Program-made: the position numbers and the translations under genes
In this document: piece by piece, positions 1-12,109 of the stretch
How the letters are laid out: every line of letters starts with the position of its first letter
How positions within the stretch are numbered: position 1 is the first letter of the stretch
Notes under the pieces: model-generated
The model's input: only the letters and a program-made list of their open reading frames with translations
The model's database searches: none
Told to the model about the DNA's origin: nothing
Source of the DNA: Scyliorhinus canicula
Lineage: Eukaryota
Direction of reading: 5' to 3'
Assembly: GCF_902713615.1 (NCBI RefSeq)
Contig: NW_024055480.1
Coordinates: 1-64,000, forward strand
DNA length: 64,000 bases

Positions 1-628
1 ACTATGATGAAGGAAAATGTGAGGTTAGACACTTTGGGAGGAGGAAGAAAGAACATAACGGAATATTATTTAGATGGAGAAAGACTGTAGAAAGCTGAAG
101 TAACGGGGGAATTGGGGGCCCTCGTGCAGAAACCACACAAAGCAAGTTCTGCAGGTAATATGGAGACAAATTGAATGCTGATCTTTATTTCAAAGTGAGT
201 AGAATATAACAATGGGGAAGACTAGCTAAAACTGGGGAATTAGTTAGACAACACCTGATATACTTTGAATAGTTTTGGTGCCCGTATCTAAGGACGACAG
301 ATTGGTTTTGAAGGCAGTCCAGAGAAGGACACGAGGTTGATCCCGAGTATGGAGGGATTTTCTTATGGGTTGAGGTTAAGTAGGCTGGGCTGTACTTATT
401 GGAGTTTAGAAGAATGAAGGCTACCTAAGATTCTGGGTCGGTCAGTATGTTCAAGGTTGAGGGGGACATATTTTAAATCAGGAAAAGTGTCAAGAGATTT
501 GGTGATAAGGCGGGAAAGAGGAGTTGAAGATTATCGCATCAGATCAGTCATGATCTCACTGAAGGCTGGACAGCTGTTGATGGGCCCAATGGCCTACGTC
601 TGCTCCTAAGTCTTGTGGTCTATGGTCT
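1..628 (+). mobile_element. CR1-like LINE 3' fragment (mirror 14288-15335, minus)
   Basis: Degenerate RT C-terminal region and the typical CR1 3' end (...ggcctacgtctgctcctaagtcttgtggtc); boundaries approximate. Confidence 0.75.
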
Positions 629-841
629 CGCTCCATCTATACCCAATATCACTGCGTTTAATTCATTGTCCATTCATCCGCATATCAATTTCCCCCTTAA
701 ACTCTAAATGCCCAGAGATTCAGTTAGTGGGATTACCAAACAGAATGGACCATAAATACACTGAATGCTAAATATTGACTGCTGCACTGACACTCGAAAT
801 AGACACAATGGCTCACTTATTGCTTCAGTTTCACCGCTCAC

Positions 842-1150
842 CTATTTTGTTGTGAATTGAAATTCTTAAAGGAGTTGGCAGGTCCTGATGGCTCGCCACA
901 CAGTCAAACACAGCCCCGCTCAGCCAGGCTTGTGTCGAGATGTTTAATTTGCTGACCACGCTCTCAGTATCTGCCGCAGGCTGGTCGGCGATCTCTGATT
1001 TCAGCGGCTTCTTTGCTTCACTCCAGGACACGTTGACTCCAAAAGGAGCATTCGAAATGACACAGGTTAAGGTTACCGTCGCGTCCATTAAGACCTGTTC
1101 TATTGGTGGTGGTAGTATTGTTACTGAGGCATCAGTGCAAAGGGAAGAAT
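842..1150 (-). CDS. IGHM: IgM heavy chain constant exon CH3 (left, inverted copy)
   Basis: Mirror of 13766-14074; [16 protein letters not shown]...TLTCV...VSWS...[13 protein letters not shown] Ig C1-set domain; AG/GT splice sites. Confidence 0.9.
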
Positions 1151-1587
1151 CTGTGAATGAAAAAATGGAAGTCAACCCAAGTTTCATCTTCAGAATCAGG
1201 ACAGTAGGATTCAGCCTGAATTCTAAATGGGTATAAATCAACTTCGAAACATCAACCTCGAAATAATCAACTTCGAAGTATCAACCTCTAAAGATCGCCT
1301 TTAATCTTCGATACACAATGGAAAACCAGTTTGGTTTGTGAAAACTATTCTCATTGTGAAATACAGTCAGCCCCGATATCATACTAACGAATCAGTATTG
1401 TAGCATTCCCAATACAAATATTCCATTCCTGATCTCAGGAGCGCAGTACTGGAGGCTGATCCATAAATAGGTTGGATGAACTTTCCAACACTTTCTCCCG
1501 GAGTTTCTATCAGTAAAGTTTTTGAGACACCCACTGCTTCTCACATATAACCAGCTGTCTCAGGATAAAGCTGATATCAAGTCCGCC

Positions 1588-1760
1588 AGGGGCTGGTTTA
1601 GCACAGGCCTAAATAGCTGTTTTTTAAAGCCGACCAAGGCAGGCCAGCAGCGCGGGTTCAATTCATATAGCGGCCTCCCCGAACAGGCGCGGGAATGTGG
1701 CGACTAGGGGCTTTTCACAGTAACTTCATTTGAAGCCTATTTGTGACAATAAATTCAATT
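1588..1760 (+). mobile_element. Short tRNA-derived SINE (mirror 13156-13328; relatives near 24920, 36311, 41690, 51630-52000, 52717)
   Basis: GGGGCTGGTTTAGCAC...GGGTTCAATTC...GAAGCCTA(C/T)TTGTGACAATAA. Confidence 0.8.
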
Positions 1761-1999
1761 TATTGATTCTCCTCACTCACTAAATGACTTCAAATTATTG
1801 GGATACATTTATATCTATATTCATAAAATCCTGAATGGTGATCAATCCTGATGCAGCTCTTACAGCAGAATGAAACACAAATTACATGGCAGTAAATTAG
1901 AAGTTATTCTGTGCTTTGCAGTAACTTCAGTAAATTTCTGATTTGGATTAAATTCAGAATGCAGGATGATTTATTGTTTCCTCTGTTTGTGTCTCTTAC

Positions 2000-2308
2000 C
2001 AGACGCGGTGATGTTGTGACTTTGGGTGACCTCTTGATGAGTGACCTGGCAGGTATAGACCGGTTTGCTGAACCATTCCCCAGCGGAGACTGTCAGCCGA
2101 CTGCTCGCCGAGAAGTTCCCGTTCACTTCACAGGTGGGAGAGGTGACAATTCCTGACCCCATGGGTTGTCCATTCTTCAGCCACTTCACGGTCAGTGACT
2201 TTGGACGGAAATCGTTGATTGAACAGACCATGGTTGCACATTTGGTGCTTGAGATTTCTTCATTGGAACTCACGTTGAGATGAACATTTGGATGGATGTC
2301 AGGTTGAC
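2000..2308 (-). CDS. IGHM: IgM heavy chain constant exon CH2 (left, inverted copy)
   Basis: Mirror of 12608-12916; identical translation in the ORF track. Confidence 0.9.
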
Positions 2309-2506
2309 CTTCAAGAAACACAAGTTAGACATTTCTTGAAGAAGATGTTGGAACGAATAAAATGACTAATTATATTTTAACAGTTTCTCCGTTGTCACTA
2401 TTTTTCGCAGGAATCAGAACTGTGCAGAGCACCGTCAATGTGTTATGGCCAAAGAGGTAAATAAATAGTCAAAGCGTCTGTTTCTCACAGATTCCACAAC
2501 TCTTAC

Positions 2507-2806
2507 ATGTCATTTCAATGCTCTTGGCTGAGCCGCTGTGTCGAACCTCACAGCTGATTTTGCTGCATCCCCCCTCCGACTCGGTGATGGTTAACTGGCT
2601 GCTCAGGGTGTAGGTTCCCTTCTTGTTTCTCACTGGCGGGTATTTCTTAACTCCAGTGATGATCGGCTGCCCATCTTTCTTCCAGGTAAGGCTGGTGATT
2701 TCTGGGGAGTAGTCCATCGCCAAACATCCGTAGGTCACAGAGCAGTCGGTGCTGTGTTGCTGACAGGAGGGGATCAGGCTGTAGAGAGTGGGCGGAGATG
2801 GTGTCG
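2507..2806 (-). CDS. IGHM: IgM heavy chain constant exon CH1 (left, inverted copy)
   Basis: Mirror of 12110-12409; identical translation in the ORF track. Confidence 0.9.
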
Positions 2807-3283
2807 CTGGGGGAGAATGGTTCATTGAACAAGTTAGAGTCTGGGATTTGTCATTTTTAAGTAAACATAAATTTCAAATTTGTCTGGAACTATGAACTGA
2901 TCCCAGCATTTTCCTAATAAAATCTACATCCACATTTAAGCTCCAATTAGTACTATTGCTTGTGAATCACCATTGTTTTGTCTCCTCTTCAGAAACACAC
3001 ATCTTTCTCCGTCTCTGTCACATGACAAAAATCTCATTTTGATGCCATCCATCTGAATGGTGCATCCCCATTATTTCAGCCACCATGTAAAATAAAATGC
3101 AAATGTACCATAGTCCGGAGACTGTCTGTCCTTTTGAAAGCTTACTGGTGGTGATTTAAACTGATGACCACCACACCTGAGGTGAGCGGCAAAGTTGAGA
3201 ATGAGGAGCTTTATGAATAACCTCAGCCGGTGCAGCAATTGAATCCGCGCTGCTGGGATCGCTCTTCATCACGAACCAGCCGT

Positions 3284-3951
3284 CCAGCTAACCGAGCTGT
3301 GTACGTCACAATCCAGCTAACTAAGCTGGGGACGTCACAATCCAGCCAACGGAGCTGTGTACATCACAATGCAGCTAACTGGGCTGTGTAATTCACAATC
3401 CGGTTAATTGAGTTGTGTACGTCACAATCCAGCTAACTGAGCTGTGTACGTCACAATGCAGCTAACTGGGCTGTGTAAGTCACAATCCAGCTAACTGAGC
3501 TGTGTACGTCACAATGCAGCTAACTGGGCTGTGTAAGTCACAATCCAGGTAACTGAGCTGTGTACGTCACAATCCAGCTAACTGAGCTGTGTACGTCACA
3601 ATGCAGCATACTGAGCTGTGCACGTCACAATCCAGCTAACTGAGCTGTGTACGTCACAATTCAGCTAACTGATCTGTGTACGTCACAATGCAGCATACTG
3701 AGCTGTGCACGTCACAATCCAGCTAACTGAGCTGTGTACGTCACAATTCAGCTAACTGATCTGTGTACGTCACAATGCAGCTAACTGGGCTGTGTACTTC
3801 ACAATCCAGCTAACTGAGCTGTGTACGTCAGAGTCCATCTAACTGAGCTGTGTACGTCACAGTCCAGCGAACTGAGCTGTGCACGTCACAATCCAGCTAA
3901 CTAAGCTGTGTACGTCACAATCCAGCGAACTGAGCTGTGTACGTCACAATC
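3284..3951. repeat. 29-bp minisatellite (about 23 copies), left arm
   Basis: Unit CAGCTAACTGAGCTGTGTACGTCACAATC. Confidence 0.95.
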
Positions 3952-4221
3952 AACAGCACTTTGTGCTGAAGAAGTTGTCTCTTCATTTCTATCATTACAG
4001 CTTTGGAAATTGCCTGTTTCAAGCTGACTGCTGCTCCTTCATTTCTCTCCCTCATTATTCCCCAATCCCCAAAACAAAGAATTTACTTTGCTTCAAGAGA
4101 TGTACTTATGTAAATGCAATAAAACTCATAACTTGTGTAATTGCAACATTCTTTAATAATAGGATCATGCACATTGACAGCAGGAGTCGGCCATTCGGCC
4201 CGTCGAGCCTCCTCCCCCATT

Positions 4222-4555
4222 CAATAAGATCCTGGCTGTGCGGCCAGCTCCAGGGTCCCTGGTTCGATTCCGGCTTGGGACACTGTCTGTGCGGAGTCTT
4301 CACATCCTCCCCGTGTGTGCGTGGGTTTCCTCCGGGTGCTCCGGTTTCCTCCCACAGTCCAAAGATCTGCAGGTTAGGTAGACTGGCCATGATAAATTGC
4401 CCTTAGTGTCCAAAAATTGCCCTTAGTGTTGGGTGGTGTTACTGGGTTATGGGGATAGGTTGGCGGTGTTGCCCTTGAGTAGGGTGCTCTTTCGAAGAGC
4501 CGGTGCAGACTCGATGGGCCGATTGGCCTCCTTCTGCACTGTAAATTCTATGATA
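4222..4555 (+). mobile_element. tRNA-derived SINE, long family (mirror 10361-10694; further copies near 20500, 21445, 39023, 39430, 41620, 43627, 46308, 50327, 52290, 54315, 62940)
   Basis: A/B boxes (GGTTCGATTCC), GGGTTTCCTCCGGGTGCTCCGGTTTCCTCCCACAGTCCAAAG core, CR1-like 3' tail. Confidence 0.85.
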
Positions 4556-4639
4556 ATCTCAGTGCTGATTGTGGTGTTAACTCCACGTTCCGCCTGTCAC
4601 TGAGACCGGGCTGTCTGCAATCCCCCCGCACCCGGCCCA

Positions 4640-5330
4640 GCGCTCTCTGAGCGTTCCGCCATCTCTCTGCGGTTCCCGCTGAATATCTGCATCTTTCTCC
4701 TGCTCACTTCACTTTATTTAAGGTCTCTGCACTTGACCACAGCTCTCTGCACTTTCCTCCACCTCCGTGTGCTTTGCCCACATGCTCTTCACTTTTCCTG
4801 GTTCGTTGGAATTTTTCTGGCACTTTCCCTGGCCTCTTTGAGCTTTTCGCCAGTATTTTGCACTTTCCCCGATTCTTATCGCTTATCGCACATTCAAAGG
4901 ACTCTTTTTCTGAACAATGCTTTTCCCTCAGCTCTCTGCGCTTTCCACCGGCTCTGTGCACTTCCCCTGGCTCTCGGCACCTTACCCCTGCTCTCTCCGC
5001 TTTCAACCAGCTCTCTGCCCTTTGCTACAGCTCCCTCTGCTTTCCTCCACATCTGTGCCGCGTCCCCCAGATCTCTCTCCTTTCCCCACATCTCTGCCCT
5101 GTCCCCCACATGTCTGCCGTGTCCGCAGCATCTCCGTCCTGTCTCCCACATCTCTGCCCTGCCCCCTATATCTCTCCCTTGTGCCCACATCTCTGCCTTG
5201 TCCCCCACACTCTGTGCTCACCCCCCCCCCCCCCTTCCATCCATGCCCTGTCCCCCGCCTACTTGCTCTTTCCCCGGCCCTTGCAGTTTCTCCCGGCCCT
5301 GGCGCTTTCTCCAGACGCTCTGAACTATCC
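4640..5330. repeat. Pyrimidine-rich low-complexity tract (G/purine-rich mirror at about 9590-10280)
   Basis: Degenerate CTCTGCCC/CACATCTCTG repeats; the overlapping ORFs are compositionally biased. Confidence 0.7.
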
Positions 5331-5459
5331 TCCGGTGCTCGCCAATCCCGGGCCGCACAGTCACATTCGGGCGCCAGTCATGCTCATGTCTCGCTCCAGT
5401 TCTCTCTTTCTGTCCCGCTGCAGAAATTCCCTCGCTGATTTACGGACCTTGCAGAAGAG

Positions 5460-8400
5460 AGGATGAATAAGTAACAGGGTGAGGGTAGGAGAGTGCGTGT
5501 GTCTGAGTGAGTAACTGAGAGAGGGTAGGAGAGTGAGTCCGGGTGAGTGAGCAACTAGGAGAGAGTGCGGGTGAGTAAGTCACTGCGTGAGTGTAGAAGA
5601 GTGAGAAAGGGTGAGTGAGTAACTGAGTGAGGGTAGGAGAGTCAGTGCGGGTGAGTGAGTAACTGAGTGAGGGGAGGAGAGTGAGTGCGGGTGAGTGAGT
5701 GACTGAATGAGGGTAGGAGAGTGAGTGTGCGAGAGTAAGTAACTGAGTGAGGGTAGGAGAGAGTGCGGGTGAGTGAGTAACTGAGTGAGGGTAGGAGAGT
5801 AAGTTTGGATGAGTGAATAAATGAGTGAGGGTCATAGTGAGAGTACGGGTGAGGGATTAACTGAGTGACAGTAGAAGAGTGAGAGCGGGTGAGTGGGAAA
5901 CTGAGTGTGGCTGGGAGAATGAGTGCGGCTGAGGGAGCAACAGAGTGACAGTAGGAGAGTGAGTGTGGGTGAGTAACTGAATGAGGGGAGGAGAGTGAGG
6001 GCGTGTGAGTGAGTAACTGAGTGAGGGTAGGAAAGTGAGTGCGGGTGAGTGAGTAACTGAGGGTGGTTCTGATAGTGAGTGCGGGTCATTGAGTAACTGA
6101 GTAAGGGTAGGGGAGTGGTGTGGGTGAGCGAGTAATTGAGTGAGGGTACGAGTGAGAGTTGCATGAATGAGTAACTGAGTGAGGGTAGGAGAGTGAGTGC
6201 GTGTGAGTGAGTAACTGAGTGAGGGTAGGAGAGTGAGTGTTGGTGACTGAGTAACTGAGTGGATGGAGGAGAGTGAGTGTGCGTGAGTGAGTAACTGAGT
6301 GAGTGGAGGAGAGTGAGTGTGCGTGAGTGAGTAACTGAGTGAGGGTACGAATGTGAGTTGTGTGAGTGAGTAACTTAGTGAGGTGCGAGTGTGGGTGTGC
6401 GTGAGTGAGTAAATGAGTGAAGGTAGGCGAGTGACTGTGGATGAGTAAGTAACTGAGTGAGGAGATGAGAGTGAGTGTGGGTGAGTAACTGTGTGAGGGG
6501 AGGAGAGTGAGGGCGTGTGAGTGCGTAACTGAGTGAGGGTAAGAGAGTAAGTCTGGGTGAGTGAGTAACTGAGTGAGGGTACGAGTGTGAGTTGCGTGAC
6601 TGAGTAAATGAGAGAGGGGAGGTATGTGAGTGTGGATTAATGAGTAACTGAGTGAGGGTATGACTGTGACTGTGCCTGAGTAAGTAACTGAGTGAGTGTA
6701 GGAGAGTGATTGTAGATGAGTAAGTAACTGAGTGAGGGGAGGAGTGTGAGTGTGGATGAGTGAGTTGCCGCGTGAGGGTAGGAGGGTGAGTGCGGGTGAG
6801 TGAGTAACTGAGTGAGGGTAGGAGAGTGAGTGTTGGTGACTGAGTAACTGAGTGAGGGTAGGAGAGTGAGTGTGGGTGAGTGAGTAACTGAGTGAGGGTG
6901 CGAATGTGAGTGTGCGTGAGTGTGTAACTGAGTGAGGGTAGGAGAGTGATTGTGGATGAGTAAGTTACTGAGTGAGGAGAGGAGTGTGAATGTCGATGAA
7001 TGAGTTGCCGAGTGAGGGTAGGAGGGTGAGTGCGGGTGAGTGAGTAACAGGGGGTAGGTAGGAGAGTGCGTGCGAGTAAGTGCGTAACTGAGTGAAGGTG
7101 GGAAAGTGAGCACTGGTGAGTGAATAACTGAGGGAGGGTGGGAGAGTGAGTGCGGGTGAGTGAGTAACTGAGTGAGGGTAGCGAGTGAGTGTGGGTGAGT
7201 GAGTAACTGAGTGAGGGTCGGAGAGTGAGTGTGGTTAGTGAGTAACTGAGTGAGGGTAGGAGAGTGAGTGAGGATGAGTGAGTAACTGAGTGAGGGCAGG
7301 AGAGTGAGTGTGGGTGAGTGGGGGAGCGATGATAGGAGAGTGAGTGCGGGTGAGTCAGTAACTGAGTGAGGATAGTAGAGTGAGTGTGGGTGAGTGAATA
7401 AATGAGTGACTTTAGGAGAGTGAGTGCTTGTTCGTGGGCAACTGAGTGAGGGTAGGAGAGCGAGAGAGTAACTGAGTGAGTGTAGGAGAGTGAGTGGGTG
7501 TGAGTGAGTAACTGAATGAGGGTAGGAGATTGAGTTCGGGTGAGTGAGTAACAGGGTGAAGGTAGGAGAGTGCGGGCGGGTAAGTGCGTAACTGAGTGAG
7601 GATAGGAGAGTGAGTGCGGGTGAGTGAGTAACTGAGTGAGGATAGGAGAGTTAGTGTGGGTGAGTGAATAAATGAGTGAGGTTAGGAGAGTGAGTGCTTG
7701 TTCGTGGGCAACTGAGTGAGGGTAAGAGAGTGAGAGTGGGTGACAGAGTAACTGAGTGAGAGTAAGAGGGTGATTGTGGGTGAGTAACTGAGTGAGGGTA
7801 GGAGAGTGAGTGCGGGTGAGTGAGTAACTGAGTGAGGGTAGGAGAGTGAGTGCGGGTGAGTGAGTAACTGAGTGAGGATAAGAAAGCGAGTGCGGGTGAT
7901 TGAGTAACTGAATGAGGGTAGGAGAGTGAGTGTGGGTGAGTAACTGAGAGAGGGTAAGAAAGTGAGTGCGGGTGAGTGAGTAACTGAGTGAGGATAAGAA
8001 AGCGAGTGCGGGTGATTGAGTAACTGAATGAGGGTAGGAGAGTGAGTGTGGGTGAGTAACTGAGAGAGGGTAAGAAAGTGAGTGCGGGTGAGTGAGTAAC
8101 TGAGTGAGGATAAGAAAGTGAGTGCGGGTGATTGTGTAACTGAATGAGGGTAGGAGAGTGAGTGTGGGTGAGTAACTGAGAGAGGGTAAGAAAGTGAGTG
8201 TGGGTGATTGAGTAACTGAGTGAGTGGAGGAGAGTGAGTGTGCGTGAGTGAGTAACTGAGTGAGTGGAGGAGAGTGAGTGTGCGTGAGTGAGTAACTGAG
8301 TGAGGGTACGAATGTGAGTTGTGTGAGTGAGTAACTTAGTGAGGTGCGAGTGTGGGTGTGCGTGAGTGAGTAAATGAGTGAGGGTAGGCGAGTGACTGTG

Positions 8401-8932
8401 GATGAGTAAGTAACTGAGTGAGGAGATGAGAGTGAGTGTGGGTGAGTAACTGTGTGAGGGGAGGAGAGTGAGGGCGTGTGAGTGCGTAACTGAGTGAGGG
8501 TAAGAGAGTAAGTCTGGGTGAGTGAGTAACTGAGTGAGGGTACGAGTGTGAGTTGCGTGACTGAGTAAATGAGAGAGGGGAGGTATGTGAGTGTGGATTA
8601 ATGAGTAACTGAGTGAGGGTATGACTGTGACTGTGCCTGAGTAAGTAACTGAGTGAGTGTAGGAGAGTGATTGTAGATGAGTAAGTAACTGAGTGAGGGG
8701 AGGAGTGTGAGTGTGGATGAGTGAGTTGCCGCGTGAGGGTAGGAGGGTGAGTGCGGGTGAGTGAGTAACAGGGTGAGGGTAGGAGAGTTTGGGCGGGTGT
8801 GTGAGTGACTGAGTCAGGGTAGGAGAGTGAGTGCAAGTAAGTGCGTAACTGAGTGAGGGTGGGAAAGCTAGTGCTGGTGAGTGAATAAATGAGTCAAGGT
8901 AGGAGAGTGAGTGCAGGTCAGTGAGTAACTGA
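5460..8932. repeat. (GAGT)n-derived about 40-bp satellite (mirror 9033-9460)
   Basis: Unit about GAGTGAGTAACTGAGTGAGGGTAGGAGAGTGAGTGCGGGT; abuts the gap on both sides in opposite orientation. Confidence 0.95.
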
Positions 8933-9032
8933 NNNNNNNNNNNNNNNNNNNNNNNNNNNNNNNNNNNNNNNNNNNNNNNNNNNNNNNNNNNNNNNNNNNN
9001 NNNNNNNNNNNNNNNNNNNNNNNNNNNNNNNN
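8933..9032. other. Assembly gap (100 N, probably of unknown true size)
   Basis: Run of exactly 100 N. Confidence 1.
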
Positions 9033-10964
9033 TACTCTCGCACACTCACTCTCCTACCCTCACTCAGTTACTCACTCACCCTTTCTCACTCTTCTTCACT
9101 CACTCAGTGACTTACTCACCCGCACTCTCTCCTAGTTACTCACTCACCCGGACTCACTCTCCTACCCTCTCTCAGTTACTCACTCAGACACACGCACTCT
9201 CCTACACTCACTCAGTTACTCACTCACCCATACTTACTCTCCTATCCTCACTCAGTTACTCACTCACCCGCACTGACTCTCCTACCCTCACTCAGTTACT
9301 CACTCACCCTTTCTCACTCTTCTACACTCACTCAGTGACTTACTCACCCGCACTCTCTCCTAGTTACTCACTCACCCGGACTCACTCTCCTACCCTCTCT
9401 CAGTTACTCACTCAGACACACGCACTCTCCTACCCTCACTCTGTTACTTATTCATCCTCTCTTCTGCAAGGTCCGTAAATCAGCGAGGAAATTTCTGCAG
9501 CGGGACAGAAAGAGAGAACTGGAGCGAGACATGAGCATGACTGGCGCCCGAATGTGACTGCGGCCCGGGATTGGCGAGCACCGGAGGATAGTTCAGAGCG
9601 TCTGGAGAAAGCGCCAGGGCCGGGAGAAACTGCAAGGGCCGGGGAAAGAGCAAGTAGGCGGGGGTACAGGGCATGGATGGAAGGGGGGGGGGGGGGTGAG
9701 CACAGAGTGTGGGGGACAAGGCAGAGATGTGGGCACAAGGGAGAGATATAGGGGGCAGGGCAGAGATGTGGGAGACAGGACGGAGATGCTGCGGACACGG
9801 CAGACATGTGGGGGACAGGGCAGAGATGTGGGGAAAGGAGAGAGATCTGGGGACGCGGCACAGATGTGGAGGAAAGCAGAGGGAGCTGTAGCAAAGGGCA
9901 GAGAGCTGGTTGAAAGCGGAGAGAGCAGGGATAAGGTGCCGAGAGCCAGGGGAAGTGCACAGAGCCGGTGGAAAGCGCAGAGAGCTGAGGGAAAAGCATT
10001 GTTCAGAAAAAGAGTCCTTTGAATGTGCGATAAACGATAAGAATCGTGGAAAGTGCAAAATACTGGCGAAAAGCTCAAAGAGGCCAGGGAAAGTGCCAGA
10101 AAAATTCCAACGAACCAGGAAAAGTGAAGAGCATGTGGGCAAAGCACACGGAGGTGGAGGAAAGTGCAGAGAGCTGTGGTCAAGTGCAGAGACCTTAAAT
10201 AAAGTGAAGCGAGCAGGAGAAAGATGCAGATATTCAGCGGGAACCGCAGAGAGATGGTGGAACGCTCAGAGAGCGCTGGGCCGGGTGCGGGGGGATTGCA
10301 GACAGCCCGGTCTCAGTGACAGGCGGAACGTGGAGTTAACACCACAATCAGCACTGAGATTATCATAGAATTTACAGTGCAGAAGGAGGCCAATCGGCCC
10401 ATCGAGTCTGCACCGGCTCTTCGAAAGAGCACCCTACTCAAGGACAACACCGCCAACCTATCCCCATAACCCAGTAACACCACCCAACACTAAGGGCAAT
10501 TTTTGGACACTAAGGGCAATTTATCATGGCCAGTCTACCTAACCTGCACATCTTTGGACTGTGGGAGGAAACCGGAGCACCCGGAGGAAACCCACGCACA
10601 CACGGGGAGGATGTGAAGACTCCGCACAGACAGTGTCCCAAGCCGGAATCGAACCAGGGACCCTGGAGCTGGCCGCACAGCCAGGATCTTATTGAATGGG
10701 GGAGGAGGCTCGACGGGCCGAATGGCCGACTCCTGCTGTCAATGTGCATGATCCTATTATTAAAGAATGTTGCAATTACACAAGTTATGAGTTTTATTGC
10801 ATTTACATAAGTACATCTCTTGAAGCAAAGTAAATTCTTTGTTTTGGGGATTGGGGAATAATGAGGGAGAGAAATGAAGGAGCAGCAGTCAGCTTGAAAC
10901 AGGCAATTTCCAAAGCTGTAATGATAGAAATGAAGAGACAACTTCTTCAGCACAAAGTGCTGTT

Positions 10965-11632
10965 GATTGTGACGTACACAGCTCAGTTCGCTGGATTGTG
11001 ACGTACACAGCTTAGTTAGCTGGATTGTGACGTGCACAGCTCAGTTCGCTGGACTGTGACGTACACAGCTCAGTTAGATGGACTCTGACGTACACAGCTC
11101 AGTTAGCTGGATTGTGAAGTACACAGCCCAGTTAGCTGCATTGTGACGTACACAGATCAGTTAGCTGAATTGTGACGTACACAGCTCAGTTAGCTGGATT
11201 GTGACGTGCACAGCTCAGTATGCTGCATTGTGACGTACACAGATCAGTTAGCTGAATTGTGACGTACACAGCTCAGTTAGCTGGATTGTGACGTGCACAG
11301 CTCAGTATGCTGCATTGTGACGTACACAGCTCAGTTAGCTGGATTGTGACGTACACAGCTCAGTTACCTGGATTGTGACTTACACAGCCCAGTTAGCTGC
11401 ATTGTGACGTACACAGCTCAGTTAGCTGGATTGTGACTTACACAGCCCAGTTAGCTGCATTGTGACGTACACAGCTCAGTTAGCTGGATTGTGACGTACA
11501 CAACTCAATTAACCGGATTGTGAATTACACAGCCCAGTTAGCTGCATTGTGATGTACACAGCTCCGTTGGCTGGATTGTGACGTCCCCAGCTTAGTTAGC
11601 TGGATTGTGACGTACACAGCTCGGTTAGCTGG
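10965..11632. repeat. 29-bp minisatellite (about 23 copies), right arm, contiguous with a SINE 5' end
   Basis: Unit GATTGTGACGTACACAGCTCAGTTAGCTG; the last unit runs into a tRNA-like SINE head (agctcggttagctggacggctggttcgtg...ggattcaattgc). Confidence 0.95.
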
Positions 11633-11811
11633 ACGGCTGGTTCGTGATGAAGAGCGATCCCAGCAGCGCGGATTCAATTGCTGCACCGGCTGAGGTTATT
11701 CATAAAGCTCCTCATTCTCAACTTTGCCGCTCACCTCAGGTGTGGTGGTCATCAGTTTAAATCACCACCAGTAAGCTTTCAAAAGGACAGACAGTCTCCG
11801 GACTATGGTAC

Positions 11812-11899
11812 ATTTGCATTTTATTTTACATGGTGGCTGAAATAATGGGGATGCACCATTCAGATGGATGGCATCAAAATGAGATTTTTGTCATGTGAC
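11812..11899 (+). promoter_or_regulatory. Candidate J-C intronic enhancer: octamer plus E-boxes (mirror at about 3017-3104)
   Basis: ATTTGCAT 11812-11819, CAGATGG 11861-11867, GTCATGTGAC 11890-11899, all within 300 nt upstream of CH1. Confidence 0.45.
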
Positions 11900-12109
11900 A
11901 GAGACGGAGAAAGATGTGTGTTTCTGAAGAGGAGACAAAACAATGGTGATTCACAAGCAATAGTACTAATTGGAGCTTAAATGTGGATGTAGATTTTATT
12001 AGGAAAATGCTGGGATCAGTTCATAGTTCCAGACAAATTTGAAATTTATGTTTACTTAAAAATGACAAATCCCAGACTCTAACTTGTTCAATGAACCATT
12101 CTCCCCCAG

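Noticed and set aside
4222-4300. tRNA-like A/B-box sequences at many sites
   Set aside because: They are SINE heads continuing into SINE bodies; no complete cloverleaf, so no tRNA genes are called.
3879-4406. 175-aa ORF and its mirror at 10510..11037
   Set aside because: Spans minisatellite end, unique intron and a SINE; duplicated only because of the palindrome.
4704-10368. Many long ORFs (L/S/H/T/P-rich, up to 464 aa) over the satellite and low-complexity tracts
   Set aside because: They are translations of simple repeats; one runs through the N gap; no domain features.
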